Shown: positions 49,664-60,827 of the stretch, in pieces | Position numbering within the stretch: position 1 is the first letter of the stretch | Layout: every line of letters starts with the position of its first letter | Assembly: GCF_020745735.1 (NCBI RefSeq) | Contig: NC_083412.1 | Span: forward strand, 59,486,320-59,550,319 | DNA: 64,000 nt | Origin: Hemiscyllium ocellatum | Lineage: Eukaryota | Direction of reading: 5' to 3' | The notes under the pieces: generated by a model | The model's input: the letters and a program-made list of their open reading frames with translations, nothing else | Database searches by the model: none | Told to the model about the DNA's origin: nothing | Translations under genes and position numbers: made by a program

Positions 49664-52375
49664 GTAAGTAGATTGTTTTGATATATTCCTTCACTTAACT
49701 TGAGCTACGCTCCACTGAGCTGAAACTATTATAAAGTATTATCAGTTAAATAAATCAGTTGTGAACATGCTGCATTAGGAACACAAAAATAGCGTAAGGT
49801 TTAGGATTCACTTCATTTGTAAGGTGTAAGTCAATTGCAATCGTATGTTTATGCTAAGTAACCTGTTCAAATATTTTATTACACACCTCGGAAGCAGGTG
49901 GGACTCAAACTCACCTCCTGACTCAGAGGGAGAGACATCACCACTGCACCGTTAGAGTCCTTAATTACAATTAAAGGCTGAGTCAACAGAGTAACTTAAA
50001 AGGTTAACTAATCTTAGTTACTTACAAGATCAATTCAGACACAAACATTTTTCTTAAGTTTCACAGAATTTGTTAATCTTATCAAGACATAGATAAAAGT
50101 AACATTACTCAACAAAAGCAGCATTGTCAATCAATTGCTTACTGCCTGTGATCTGTCTCCTTTGGTTCAAGCTCTTACCTCAAAGCATTTTCACATTTGT
50201 TATGCTGCATTTAAATAAGCTTGGACCCTTAAACAACAACAAAAGCCGGAAAGCATTGATCTTACCTTGACTGGAACATAGGAATATTCTTATGTTTTAC
50301 AGAAGTATTTTTACAGATAGCCATATCAAATAGAATATAATTTCATTCCTGACTTAGAGTCATAGAATCACAGAGATGTACAGCATGGAAACAGATCCTT
50401 TGGTCCACATCGTCCATGCCGACCAGATATCCGAACTTAATCCAGTCCTATTTGCTAGCACTTGGTACATATCTGTCTAAACTCTTCCTATTTATATTCC
50501 CACACAGATACCTTATAAATGTTGTAATTGCACCAGTCTCCTCTGGCAGTTTGTTCCATACACATCAATACTCTTTGCCCCTTCAGTCCCTTTTAAATCT
50601 ATGCCCTCTAGTTCTGGACTCCCACACCCCACAGAGAAGACGTTGTCTACTTAGCCTGTCCATGCTCCTCATGAGTTTATAAACCTCTGTAAGATCAGCC
50701 CTCAGTCTCTAGCGCTCCGGGGAAAACAGCACAAAGCCATGTTGACTATCCCTAATCAGTCTTTGCCTTTCCAAATACATGTACATCCTGTCCCTCAGGA
50801 TTCCCTCCAACAACTTGTCCACCACTGATGTCATGCTCACTGGTCTATAGCTCCTTGGGGTTTCTTAACCCCTTTCTTAAAAAAAAGGGCACCATGTTAG
50901 CCCATCTCCAGTCTTCCGGCACCTCACCTGTGACTATTGATGATATAAATATATCAGCAATGGGTTCAGTAATCACCTCCCTAGCTTCCCACAGAGTTCG
51001 AGGGTACACCTGATCTGGTCCTTGGATTTATCCACCTTTATGCCATTCAGCACCTCCTCTTCTGTAATATGGACACTTTTCAAGATGTTACCATCTATTT
51101 CCCCACATTTTAAATCTTCCATGTCCTTCTCCACAGTGAACACTGATGCAAAATACTTGTTTATTATCGCTCCCATCTCCTGTGGTTCCACCAATAGGCC
51201 GCCTTGCTGGTCTTTGAAGGGTCTTATTCTCTCCCTAGATACCTTCTTATCCTTAATGTATTTATAAAACCCCTTTGGATTCTCTTAACCCTATTTGCCA
51301 AAGTTATCTCCACTTTTTGCCCTCCTGATTTCCCTCTTAAGTATACTCCTGTTGCCTTTATATTCTTCTAAGGATTCACTCGATCTCTCCTGTCTATACC
51401 TGACATATGCTTCCTTCTTTTTCTGAACCAAAACATCAATTTTTCTAGTCATCCAGCATTCCCTACACCTACCAGCCTTTCCTTTCACCCTTACAGGAAT
51501 ATATTTTCTCTGGACTTTCGTTATCTCATTTTTGAAGGCTTCTCATTTTCCAGCCGTCCCTTCACCTGCGAACATCTGCCCCCAATCAACTTTTAAAAGT
51601 TCTTGCCTAATGCCGGCAAAATTGGCCTTCCTCCAATTTAGATCTTCAACTTTTAGATCTGGTCTATCCTTTTCCATCACTATTTTAAAACTAATAGAAT
51701 TATGGGTCGCTGGCCCTAAAGTGCTCCCCCACTGACACCTCAGTCACCTGCCCTGCCTTATTTCCCAAAAGTAGGTCAAGTTTTGTACCTTCTCTAGCTG
51801 ATATATCCACATACTGAATCAGAAATTTTCTTGTACATATCTAACAAATTCCTCTCCATCTAAATCTTTAACATTGTGGCAGTCCCAGTCTGTGTATGGA
51901 AAGTTAAAATCCCTGTCATAACTTATAGATAACTGAGATTTACAAATTTATTTTTCAATTTTCTGTTGATTATTGGAGGGGTCTATAATACAATCCAAAT
52001 AGGGTGATCATCCCATTCTTATTTCTCAGTTCCACCCAAATAACCTTCCTAGTATTGCTAGGAATATCCTCCCTAAGTACGGCCACAACCCTCATCAAAA
52101 ATGCCATTTACTCATATCTCTTGCCACACCGTCTATTCTTCCTATAGCATTTGTCTCCTGGAACATTAAGCTACCATTCCTGTTCATCCCGGAGCCACGT
52201 CTCTGTAATTGCTATGGTATTCCAGTCCCATTTTCCTAACCATGCCCTGGGTTCATCTGCTTTCCCCTGTTAGGCTTCTTGCATTGAAATAAATACAGAT
52301 TAATTTATCAGTCCTACCTTGTTAGATTAGATTACCGACTTTTAGATTACCAACAGTGTGGAAACAGGCCCTTTG

Positions 52376-52970
52376 GCTGAAAATGTGTTGCTGGTTAAAG
52401 CACAGCAGGTTAGGCAGCATCTCAGGAATAGGGAATGCGACGTTTCGAGCATAAGCCCTTCATCAGGAATGAGAGAGAGTAGCCAAGCAGGCTAAGATAA
52501 AAGGTAGGGAGGAGGGACTTGGGGGAGGGGTGATGGAGGTGGGATAGGTAGAAGGAGGTCAAGGTGAGGGTGATAGGCCGGAGTGGGGTGGGGGCGGAGA
52601 GGTCAGTAAGGAGATTGCAGGTTAGGAGGGCGGTGCTGAGTTGAGGGAACCGACTGAGACAAGGTGGGGGGAGGGGAAATGAGGAAACTGGAATGTAGTT
52701 CGGAGTCCGTGTGGGATCAGTCGGTTCCTTAGGCAGGTGCTGAGGAAGGAGATGTGGCTGAGGTAACGAGTCTGTTTGAGAACGTGGCTGAAGAGTTTCT
52801 GTGCAGAGGAGATGACCTGGGGGGTGCAGTGAGAGAGAGACTCACTGAAATCCTTGTAGAGGGAGGAAGAGAGCTTCTTCAAGGAAGGCATCCTTGCAAG
52901 AGGATTCGCAGTAGGTTAAAATCTTCGAGTAAAAAATGAGGTCTGCAGATGCTGGAGATCACAGCTGAGA
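52376..52970 (-). mobile_element. Non-autonomous Penelope derivative: end of upstream terminal repeat, ORF start, downstream terminal repeat
   Basis: ORF 52622-52891 MPSLKKLSSS...HISFLSTCLRNRLIPHGL; CTGATGA hammerhead-like motif on the minus strand at about 52439-52466. Confidence 0.75.
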
Positions 52971-52974
52971 CCCT

Positions 52975-53215
52975 CTGAAGAGCAACCCACCCAGACCCAT
53001 TTCCCTAAATCATGCACCTAACACTATGGGCAATTTAGTATGGTCAATTCACCTAACCTGGACTGTGGGAGGAAACCGGAGCACCCGGAGGGGACCCATG
53101 CAGACACGGGGAGAATATGCAAACTCCACACAGACAGTTGCCCAAGGCAGGAATTGAACCCAGGTTCGTGGCGCTGTGAGGCAGCAGCGCTAACCATCGA
53201 GCCACCGTGCCGCCC
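52975..53215 (-). mobile_element. HE1-type SINE; its tail lies at about 52322-52375, separated by the Penelope derivative
   Basis: GGCGGCACGGTGGCTCGATGGTTAGCGCTGC head on the minus strand. Confidence 0.85.
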
Positions 53216-53417
53216 CATGTTCTCTGCTTTGTCTCTGCCTACCCTGACTGTTTGACTCGCTCCTTTTCCCAACTGTACCTGTCTCAGACTGATCTCTTTC
53301 CTCACTATTTCCCTGGGTTCCACACACCCCACCTTACTAGTTTAATTCCTTCCAAGCAGCTCTTGCAAATCTCCCTGTCAGTATATTAGTCCCCTTCCAA
53401 TCCAGGTGCAATCTATC

Positions 53418-53715
53418 ATTAGATTACATTACAGTGTGGAAACAGGCCCTTCGGCCCAACAAATCCACATGCGACCCGACCCGCATACCCCTACATTTAC
53501 CCCTTACCTAACACTATGGGCAATTTAGCATGGCCAATTCACCTGACCTGCATATCTTTGAACTGTGGGAGGAAACAGGAGCACCCAGAGGAAACCCACG
53601 CAGACACGGGGAGAACGTGCAAATTCCACACAGTCAGTCGCCTGAGGCAGGAATTGAACCCGGGTCTCTGGCGCTGTGAGGCAGCAGTGCTAACCACTGT
53701 GCCACCATGCCGCCC
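53418..53715 (-). mobile_element. HE1-type SINE
   Basis: GGCGGCATGGTGGCACAGTGGTTAGCACTGC head on the minus strand; TAGATTACATTACAGTGTGG tail. Confidence 0.88.
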
Positions 53716-56396
53716 ACTTATCCTTCTTATACAAGTCACTTCTACCCTAGAAGAGATTCTAATGGTTCAAAAATGTGAACCTTTCTCCCCTGCACCAGCT
53801 CCTCAGGCACACATTGATCTGCTCTATCCTCCTATTCCTACCCACACTGGCTTGTACCACCATGAATAATCCAGATATTACTATCCTTGATGACCTCTTT
53901 TTTAAATTCCTGCCCAACTTCTTATATTCTCCCTTCAGACTCTCACCCTTTGTCCTTCCTATGTCATTAGTTCCAATGTATACAATGACCTCCTGCTGGT
54001 CCCTCTCCCATTTGAGTATATTCTGCACTCTGTCCAAGATATCCTTGATCCTGGCACCTGGTAGACAACACACCATTCTGATTTCTCGCTATTGGCTGCA
54101 GAAACATCTGTCTGTGTCTCTGACTAAAGAATCCCCCATCACAGTTGATCTCGTGAAACCTGACGTACCCTCATTACATTAGAGCCAGACTTGGTACCAG
54201 AAACATGGCTGTTCGTGCTACATTCCCCAAAGAGTCCATCACTCCACATGTTTTCCGAAACAGCATACCTGTTTGAGAAGCTGATAACAGCAGGAGACTC
54301 CTTCATGACCTGCCTCCCTCTCCTATCCTTCCTGGAGGTAACCCATCTACCTGACTGTATCTGCAGTTTTTCTCCCTTCCTATAAGCGCCATCCATCACA
54401 CCTCCTAACTCCTGTAAATTCCTCATTGCCTCTAACTGCTACTCCAACTGATCCATGTAATCTGACAGGATTCACAAACAAAGACATAATAATCATACAT
54501 ACATAATAATCAGTAATATGGAAATTTTCCCTAATCTCACAGATCCAACATGAAGAGCACATCATTCTACTAAAGGCCATCTTTTTACCTTAACAATCTA
54601 CAGACCCAGAAAATAGCACAGTCTTACTGCTCTAAAAAAACACTGCTCCAAGATAACTCATTATAAATGTTTTATATTTTCAAATATTAATCAAGGGACA
54701 GAGCTCAATAAAATATATAATCAAAAAGGAGCCACTTCACTCACTATTGCAGATTTACAAAAAAAAAGACAGCTTGCTTACATTTAAAAACCATGCACTT
54801 AGCTGCTCCTATGCTGTGAGCTCTCCCACACAGATTCCTCCAAGGTTAGCTGTGATTTTGCTGTTAGTTAATTTTACTTCGATTCACTCCAACGTCCAGA
54901 GATACTTGAACTCAAATAGCAAATCCTTCAAAATGTACTCATTGATTTCAATGAGATTTGACTGCCTAGGGTAAAATCCCGAACTGTTATTGCGTTCCTT
55001 TAAATAATACTGGGAGCAACATCTATTGAACTGTTGCTCTGCTGAGTGTGCCACACCCAAGATTAGTACAAGAATCCATCAACAAATTATCATTGACAGC
55101 TTTCCATCCACGGAAGATGGTGAACATACAGCAAACAAATTCACACTTTTGCTCATGGCTGAAGAAGTTAATCCTCAAGAGTTCTGTCTCATATTCAACT
55201 GAATACTAGTATAGGTTGTTTTGCAGTATTGGTGTTGTTGTCAAGCTGCTGTAATAACCATTGGTCATTGTAGCACTTCACAGAAGGTGTTGCCATTTTC
55301 CAGTATTATTAGCTAGTGATTCCCTGGTGCAATATTCTCGAGCCTTCAGGTCATACTGGTAATCATTCTTGATGTGGAGCTTTGAACCTCTTGTTGGTTG
55401 ATTGGTATCACGATTCTCATCAGAAAGAAAATTCTTGGTCATACAACTGTCTTTCACACTCTGAATTTGCCCGGCAATCCAATCATGTCACCCATGGTTG
55501 ATGATTGTTGCAAACCTGCAAACTGTTTTTGAGGTTACTGTTATGTTCGTGACTTAGCTGCAAGTGGTCTGTGTTTCGCAGCCATGATAGATAGACCCAA
55601 GCACACATCAATATGTACAAAAACAAACTTCTGTAAAATGATGAATCATGAATTTCAAAAAGTCTTCGTTTTATTTGGCTCTCTGCATACTTGAGATAAA
55701 TAATAACGTGATTGTTCATTCACACTTCCACAACAGTGCCTGAGATTTATGTCCTGCCTAACTAATGATCCAATTTATTGAAGTAGGAATGTAACCATGA
55801 ACAAATCAGTAATTTTTGTAAACATCAGTTTTCATTCTACTATTCCTGGAGACATTTAATTGCACCCAAATATCAAAGTACATGTCATGTAAATTCAACA
55901 TAATATTGCTTGACTAAGGAGGGCGTGATGATGGTGATGTTCATCAGGCAAGTGTCTGCACGTACATATATGCACATGTACTTTACTCACTAAGTATTCA
56001 AGAATATAAACCTTTCTCTGCCCCTATGACAGTAACATTCAATTAAATTGCACTATTTCAGTTGCTACCAGCTAAAAATGAGGATATTGCAAGTAAAATC
56101 TTCTACAGTATGGATGATTGAACATAGGATGATGCTTTCTCAAGTATCCAACACTAAATTAGTGGCAAGAAAGTGTGATTGAAGTAAATTTTGCCTCCAT
56201 TGCATATTGAATACTTGGCAGATTATTTAACATTTGGAAGAGTAATTGATTATAATACATTAACAGTAAATGCAAGAGAAACTCAATTGGTTTGGCAGCA
56301 TCTGTGGAGAGAGAAACAGAGTTAACATTTTGAGTCAGAGGAAGGTGGATGCTCCTTGCAAGAGTTAGAAATCCAGCAGGCTGGGCATCATGCAAT

Positions 56397-58040
56397 TATG
56401 GCTGCAAATGTGTTGCTGGTCAAAGCACAGCAGGCCAGGCAGCATCTCAGGAATAGAGAATTCAACGTTTCGAGCATAAGCCCTTCATCAGGAATGAGAG
56501 AGAGTAGCCAAGCAGGCTAAGATAAAAGGTGGGGAGGAGGGACTTGGGGGAGGGGCGATGGAGGTGGGATAGGTGGAAGGAGGTCAAGGTGAGGGTGATA
56601 GGCCGGAGTGGGGTGGGGGCGGAGAGGTCAGGAAGAGGATTGCAGGTTAGGAGGGCGGTGCTGAGTTGAGGGAACCGACTGAGACAAGGTGGGGGGAGGG
56701 GAAATGAGGAAACTGGAGAAATCTGAATTCATACCTTGTGGTTGGAGGGTTCCCAGGCGGAAGATGAGGCGCTCCTCCTCCAGCCGTCGTGTTGTTATGT
56801 TCTGCCGGTGGAGGAGTCCAAGGACCTGCATGTCCTCGGTGGAGTGGGAGGGAGAGTTAAAGTGTTGAGCCACGGGGTGATTGGGTTGGTTGGTCCGGGC
56901 GGCCAGGAGGTGTTCTCTGAAGCGTTCAGCAAGTAAGCGGCCTGTCTCCCCAATATAGAGGAGGCCACATCGGGTGCAGCGGATGCAATAGATGATGTGT
57001 GTGGAGGTCTAGGAAGGGGAGGGAGGAGTCTGAGACAGTCCAGGTGAATTTCAGGTCGGGATGGAAGGTGTTAGTAAAGTTGATGAACTGTTCAACCTCC
57101 TCGTGGGAGCACGAGGCAGCGCCGATACAGTCATCGATGTAGCGGAGGAAAAGGTGGGGGGTGGTGCCAGTGTAGTTGCGGAAGATGGACTGTTCCACAT
57201 ATCCTACGAAGAGGCAGGCATAGCTGGGGCCCATGCGGGTGCCCATGGCAACTCCTTTAGTTTGGAGGAAGTGGGAGGATTGAAAAGAGAAGTTATTCAG
57301 GGTGAGGACCAGTTCAGTCAGTCGAAGGAGGGTGTCAGTGGAAGGGTACTGGTTGGTGCGGCGGGAAAGGAAGAAGCGGAGGGCTTTGAGTCCTTCGTGA
57401 TGGGGGATGGAGGTGTACAGGGACTGGATGTCCATAGTGAAAATAAGGCGTTGGGGACCGGGGAAGCGAAAATCCTGGAGGAGGTGGAGGGCGTGGGTGG
57501 TGTCCCGAACGTAGGTGGGGAGTTCTTGGACTAAAGGGGACAGGACCGTGTCGAGGTATTGGGAGATGAGTTCGGTGGGGCAGGAGCAGGCTGAGACAAT
57601 GGGTCGGCCGGGGCAGGCAGGTTTGTGGATTTTGGGCAGGAGGTAGAAACGGGCGGTGCGGGGTTGTGGGACTATGAGGTTGGAGGCGGTGGATGGGAGA
57701 TCCCCTGAGGTGATGAGGTCCTGGATGGTCTGGGAGATGATGGTTTGGTGGTGGGAGGTGGGGTCATGGTCAAGGGGGCGATAAGAGGAGGCGTCCGCGA
57801 GCTGGCGTTTGGCTTCAGCGGTATACAGGTCAGTGCGCCAAACTATCACCGCGCCTCCCTTGTCTGCGGGTTTGATGGTGAGGTTGGGATTGGAGTGGAG
57901 GGAGTGGAGGGCTGCATGTTCTGAGGGTGAGAGGTTGGAGTGGGTGAGAGGGGTGGACAGGTTGAGTCGGTTAATGTCACGGTGGCAGTTGGCTATAAAG
58001 AGGTCGAGGGCGGGTAGGAGGCCAGCACGGGGTGTCCAAC
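56397..58040 (-). mobile_element. Young Penelope-like element: long RT ORF, internal deletion, endonuclease C-terminus and terminal repeat
   Basis: ORF 56926-58056 with KPADKGGA, RFYLLPKIHK, GRPIVS, GVAMGTRMGPSYA, RYIDD; CTGATGA hammerhead-like motif at about 56463-56490. Confidence 0.93.
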
Positions 58041-58405
58041 CATACTTTAAAAACAAGGTTCATTTTGCAAAGGTGTGGACAATTCATTAGTCTGGACTTG
58101 GCACTGGCAATTTAACCAGAGATGGGCTGATTGAATGCCAACCAATGGTTTCAGAGAAGTGTAAATCAGGATTGTTAAGAGGCCAATATGAGTATCGTCC
58201 ATACACCAAAGTCAGAAATCTATTTTAATTGCTTGTTTTTGAAAATTTGCTATTGATATTGGAATATTGATATTTCTATGTGGCTATGAATTATCAAACA
58301 GGAAGACAAGATTCATGCTAACTTAGTATCAAACCATAAATTGAAATGTCCTCATTTTTAATTCATCTTGTATTCTTATTTCTGTTTCTTGTTCCTATGT
58401 TACAG

Positions 58406-58657
58406 GATAATATTTCTCTCAGCAATGAAACTCTTCATTATGCATCTGTTCATGTCAAAACTCTTCCAAAATCGAAACAAAAACAGGAATTGAAAAGACC
58501 AGAGCAGGGCCAGACAACAGAATATGCCGTTCTAAAGGTCAAAGATAAAAATAATCAATTCTACAGAGATTACTCAGTTGCCAGCATTTGCCCCACATCA
58601 AACATAAAGCAAACTGCTAACTACATAGGAACCACATACGCTTCTCTTAAGAAATGA
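58406..58657 (+). CDS. VJ-C1-ITIM receptor exon 6: tail with LHYASV (ITIM), TEYAVL and TTYASL (ITSM-like)
   Basis: Long polypyrimidine tract ending TTACAG at 58405; phase 0; 83 codons to TGA; motifs at 58433-58450, 58517-58534 and 58631-58648; spliced CDS totals 1089 bp (362 aa plus stop) with no internal stop. Confidence 0.85.
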   Translation, partial: DNISLSNETLHYASVHVKTLPKSKQKQELKRPEQGQTTEYAVLKVKDKNNQFYRDYSVASICPTSNIKQTANYIGTTYASLKK

Positions 58658-59228
58658 ACATTTCATATCATTTCAGATCATTCGTTTTCTCAAGGGCAAT
58701 TAAGAATGCCACCAAATTGCTGAGCTAGTCAGCAACTCTAATGTCTTCAAAAGTGTGATTTGGGTAGGGAATGGTTTTGCAATTGTAAATGCATAAACAA
58801 ATGTATTTTTAAAGTGGTTTCTGTGCTTCAAGTTGGATGTTGACATTCATTCTTCCTTTCGACTGAAATTAAATCAACTATTAATCACTTGAATGGTTTG
58901 GGTATATCGTAAACAGTATGTCACAGAGTTCATAGAGATCAAACTTAAGATGACTGCTGTAATGCCTTTTGATGGTTAATTATTCCACAAATCTGTCAAT
59001 TATGCTGCAATTCCCTGTATGGGTCCTTCCATTCTCCTGTTTGTATCATAAAAGTTTTGAAACTTCAGACCCTTAAGGGCCCATTGTTTTATCAAAGGGT
59101 TAATTCAATGTTAAATGCCCCCCTTTGTAATTGGTGTTGAGGTAGCATACCTTGTTGGCTGCCAGTGAATTCAAAGACAAGCCATCTGATGTCTGGGAGC
59201 TATTGTGTGAATTTCTGTGTCAATTTTA

Positions 59229-59234
59229 AATAAA
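59229..59234 (+). promoter_or_regulatory. Candidate polyadenylation signal for the receptor gene
   Basis: First AATAAA I found after the stop codon; ATTAAA at 58868 is an alternative. Confidence 0.3.
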
Positions 59235-60827
59235 AGGTCAGATTAGCCTTATTAAAGAAGTACATAAATTTATAATTGCTTGGTCATGGTAACTTGTGAG
59301 AAAAAGATTAATCTTCCTCCATGGTTCATGGTTTCCTCTTTATCTGTGGATGCTTCAGCCGTTCTGCAGAGGCTGCATACCTGTGCCCCCGCAGCTCAGG
59401 CATTGCCTCAACTGGTCCCTCAGTTACATGGAAAGTGGCCACAATCTTCACAGAAAGGAAGCCAGAGGTGCGAGTCAGTTGTGACCCCTTCCTCTGGGGT
59501 AAGAAGAGGCTCACAATGTAGGTCTGTCTGAACGCAGAGCTCACCAGATTGGGTCAATCGATAAGTGGGTCACTGTGGTCTGTTATGTTGCATGTGGGTA
59601 TTAGGTTTGAATCAAAATAAATGAATTCACTCTTTGTTTCAAAGGTATGCATGGCTTTTAAAACATTATGCAAAACACTTTAAGTTTGTAAACCAAACAG
59701 TGGCTCTGACTGGTGACAGTGGAGGCTGCAGCCAGCAATCCAGCTATATGATGGTACGATTACATAAGTCTAACTGCACATTTGTCTCTCCAATGCCAGT
59801 AACTGTCTGAGATATCAATTGCCTCAACACCCATCTCTCCACTTGATGTCTTCTTTTTCAATGCAAGCAATGAGACTTTTCAGCCAATTCAAGCAATTCA
59901 AATAAAATCCCAGCCTGTTGACTCATCTTATTTATTCATCATGCCACACTCATTAGACATGATTACTGAAGGTTTCGGATACCCAGGCACATCCCACAAA
60001 ATTACATTGTGTCTAAAGTTGGGCCTTTTAACAGGGAACAAAACAGAAGTTTTTGGAAAACGAAGCAGTCTGACAGCATCTGTCAAAAGAAATCAGAGTT
60101 AACATTTCTTTTGCAGCTCTTTGGGGTTTTATTTCACCTTTTAATAGGATATCAATGAGTAGGATTGCTGAATGAGTAGATGTGTGTCTGGTTTACCAGC
60201 CGTGTCCTTTGCTGTGTTTTACGGTATAGCAGAGGGCAAAAATGGAAGAAGGCTTTTCAGCTGTGCCATTCGGCAGTTATTTTGTTTGCTCACCCACCTC
60301 AGTTACATCCTGTTTCAGGATGGGAAAATACCAGCCTTGTTCTCTACTCTACCCTTTATATCTTAACCATCCAATATCGGCTCTGATCTCCTTCCCAACC
60401 TTCAACCCACCATCATCCAGAACCAACTTGACTCTAGCATGGATCTGCCTAAATTTATAGGCCACAGATAATATATTATTGTACTAAAAAATAAAAGCTT
60501 GCATGACTTGGAGGAAATGAGAGGCAAAACTACTTTAGAACTATCTGTGGTCAGATTTTGGTCATGCATTTCAGCAGAACTATATTAACCGCGCAAGAAA
60601 AACTTTCCATTCAGACTATGACTAAGGTCATATCATGGTAAAAGCTCATGTCAAGGAATGAATTAATCATTGGCAAGGTTGATTGCAGCAAAAACATATC
60701 CTCTGTGTAATGCTGGCCCTTCACAGAGCAAACTCAAAAAAAAGTGACAAACTGCTCAATACACACACTTATTTTTAGCTTGTGGTATGCTTAACAGCCA
60801 GTTATCTCGACAGTGAAAGAAAGACTA

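Larger units (their letters stand above)
50355..54850 (-). mobile_element. Degenerate CR1 spanning ORF1 to 3' tail (internal RT deletion), interrupted by HE1 SINEs and a Penelope derivative
   Basis: ORF1 remnants CSSCWICE (54380-54580) and YIGTNDIG (53759-54076); ORF2 remnants 50973-51488; TAGAGTCATAGAATCA tail at about 50355. Confidence 0.85.

Noticed and set aside
58346-58405. Hydrophobic N-terminus of ORF 58346-58657 as a signal peptide or TM
   Set aside because: It is the translated polypyrimidine tract of the acceptor ending at 58405.
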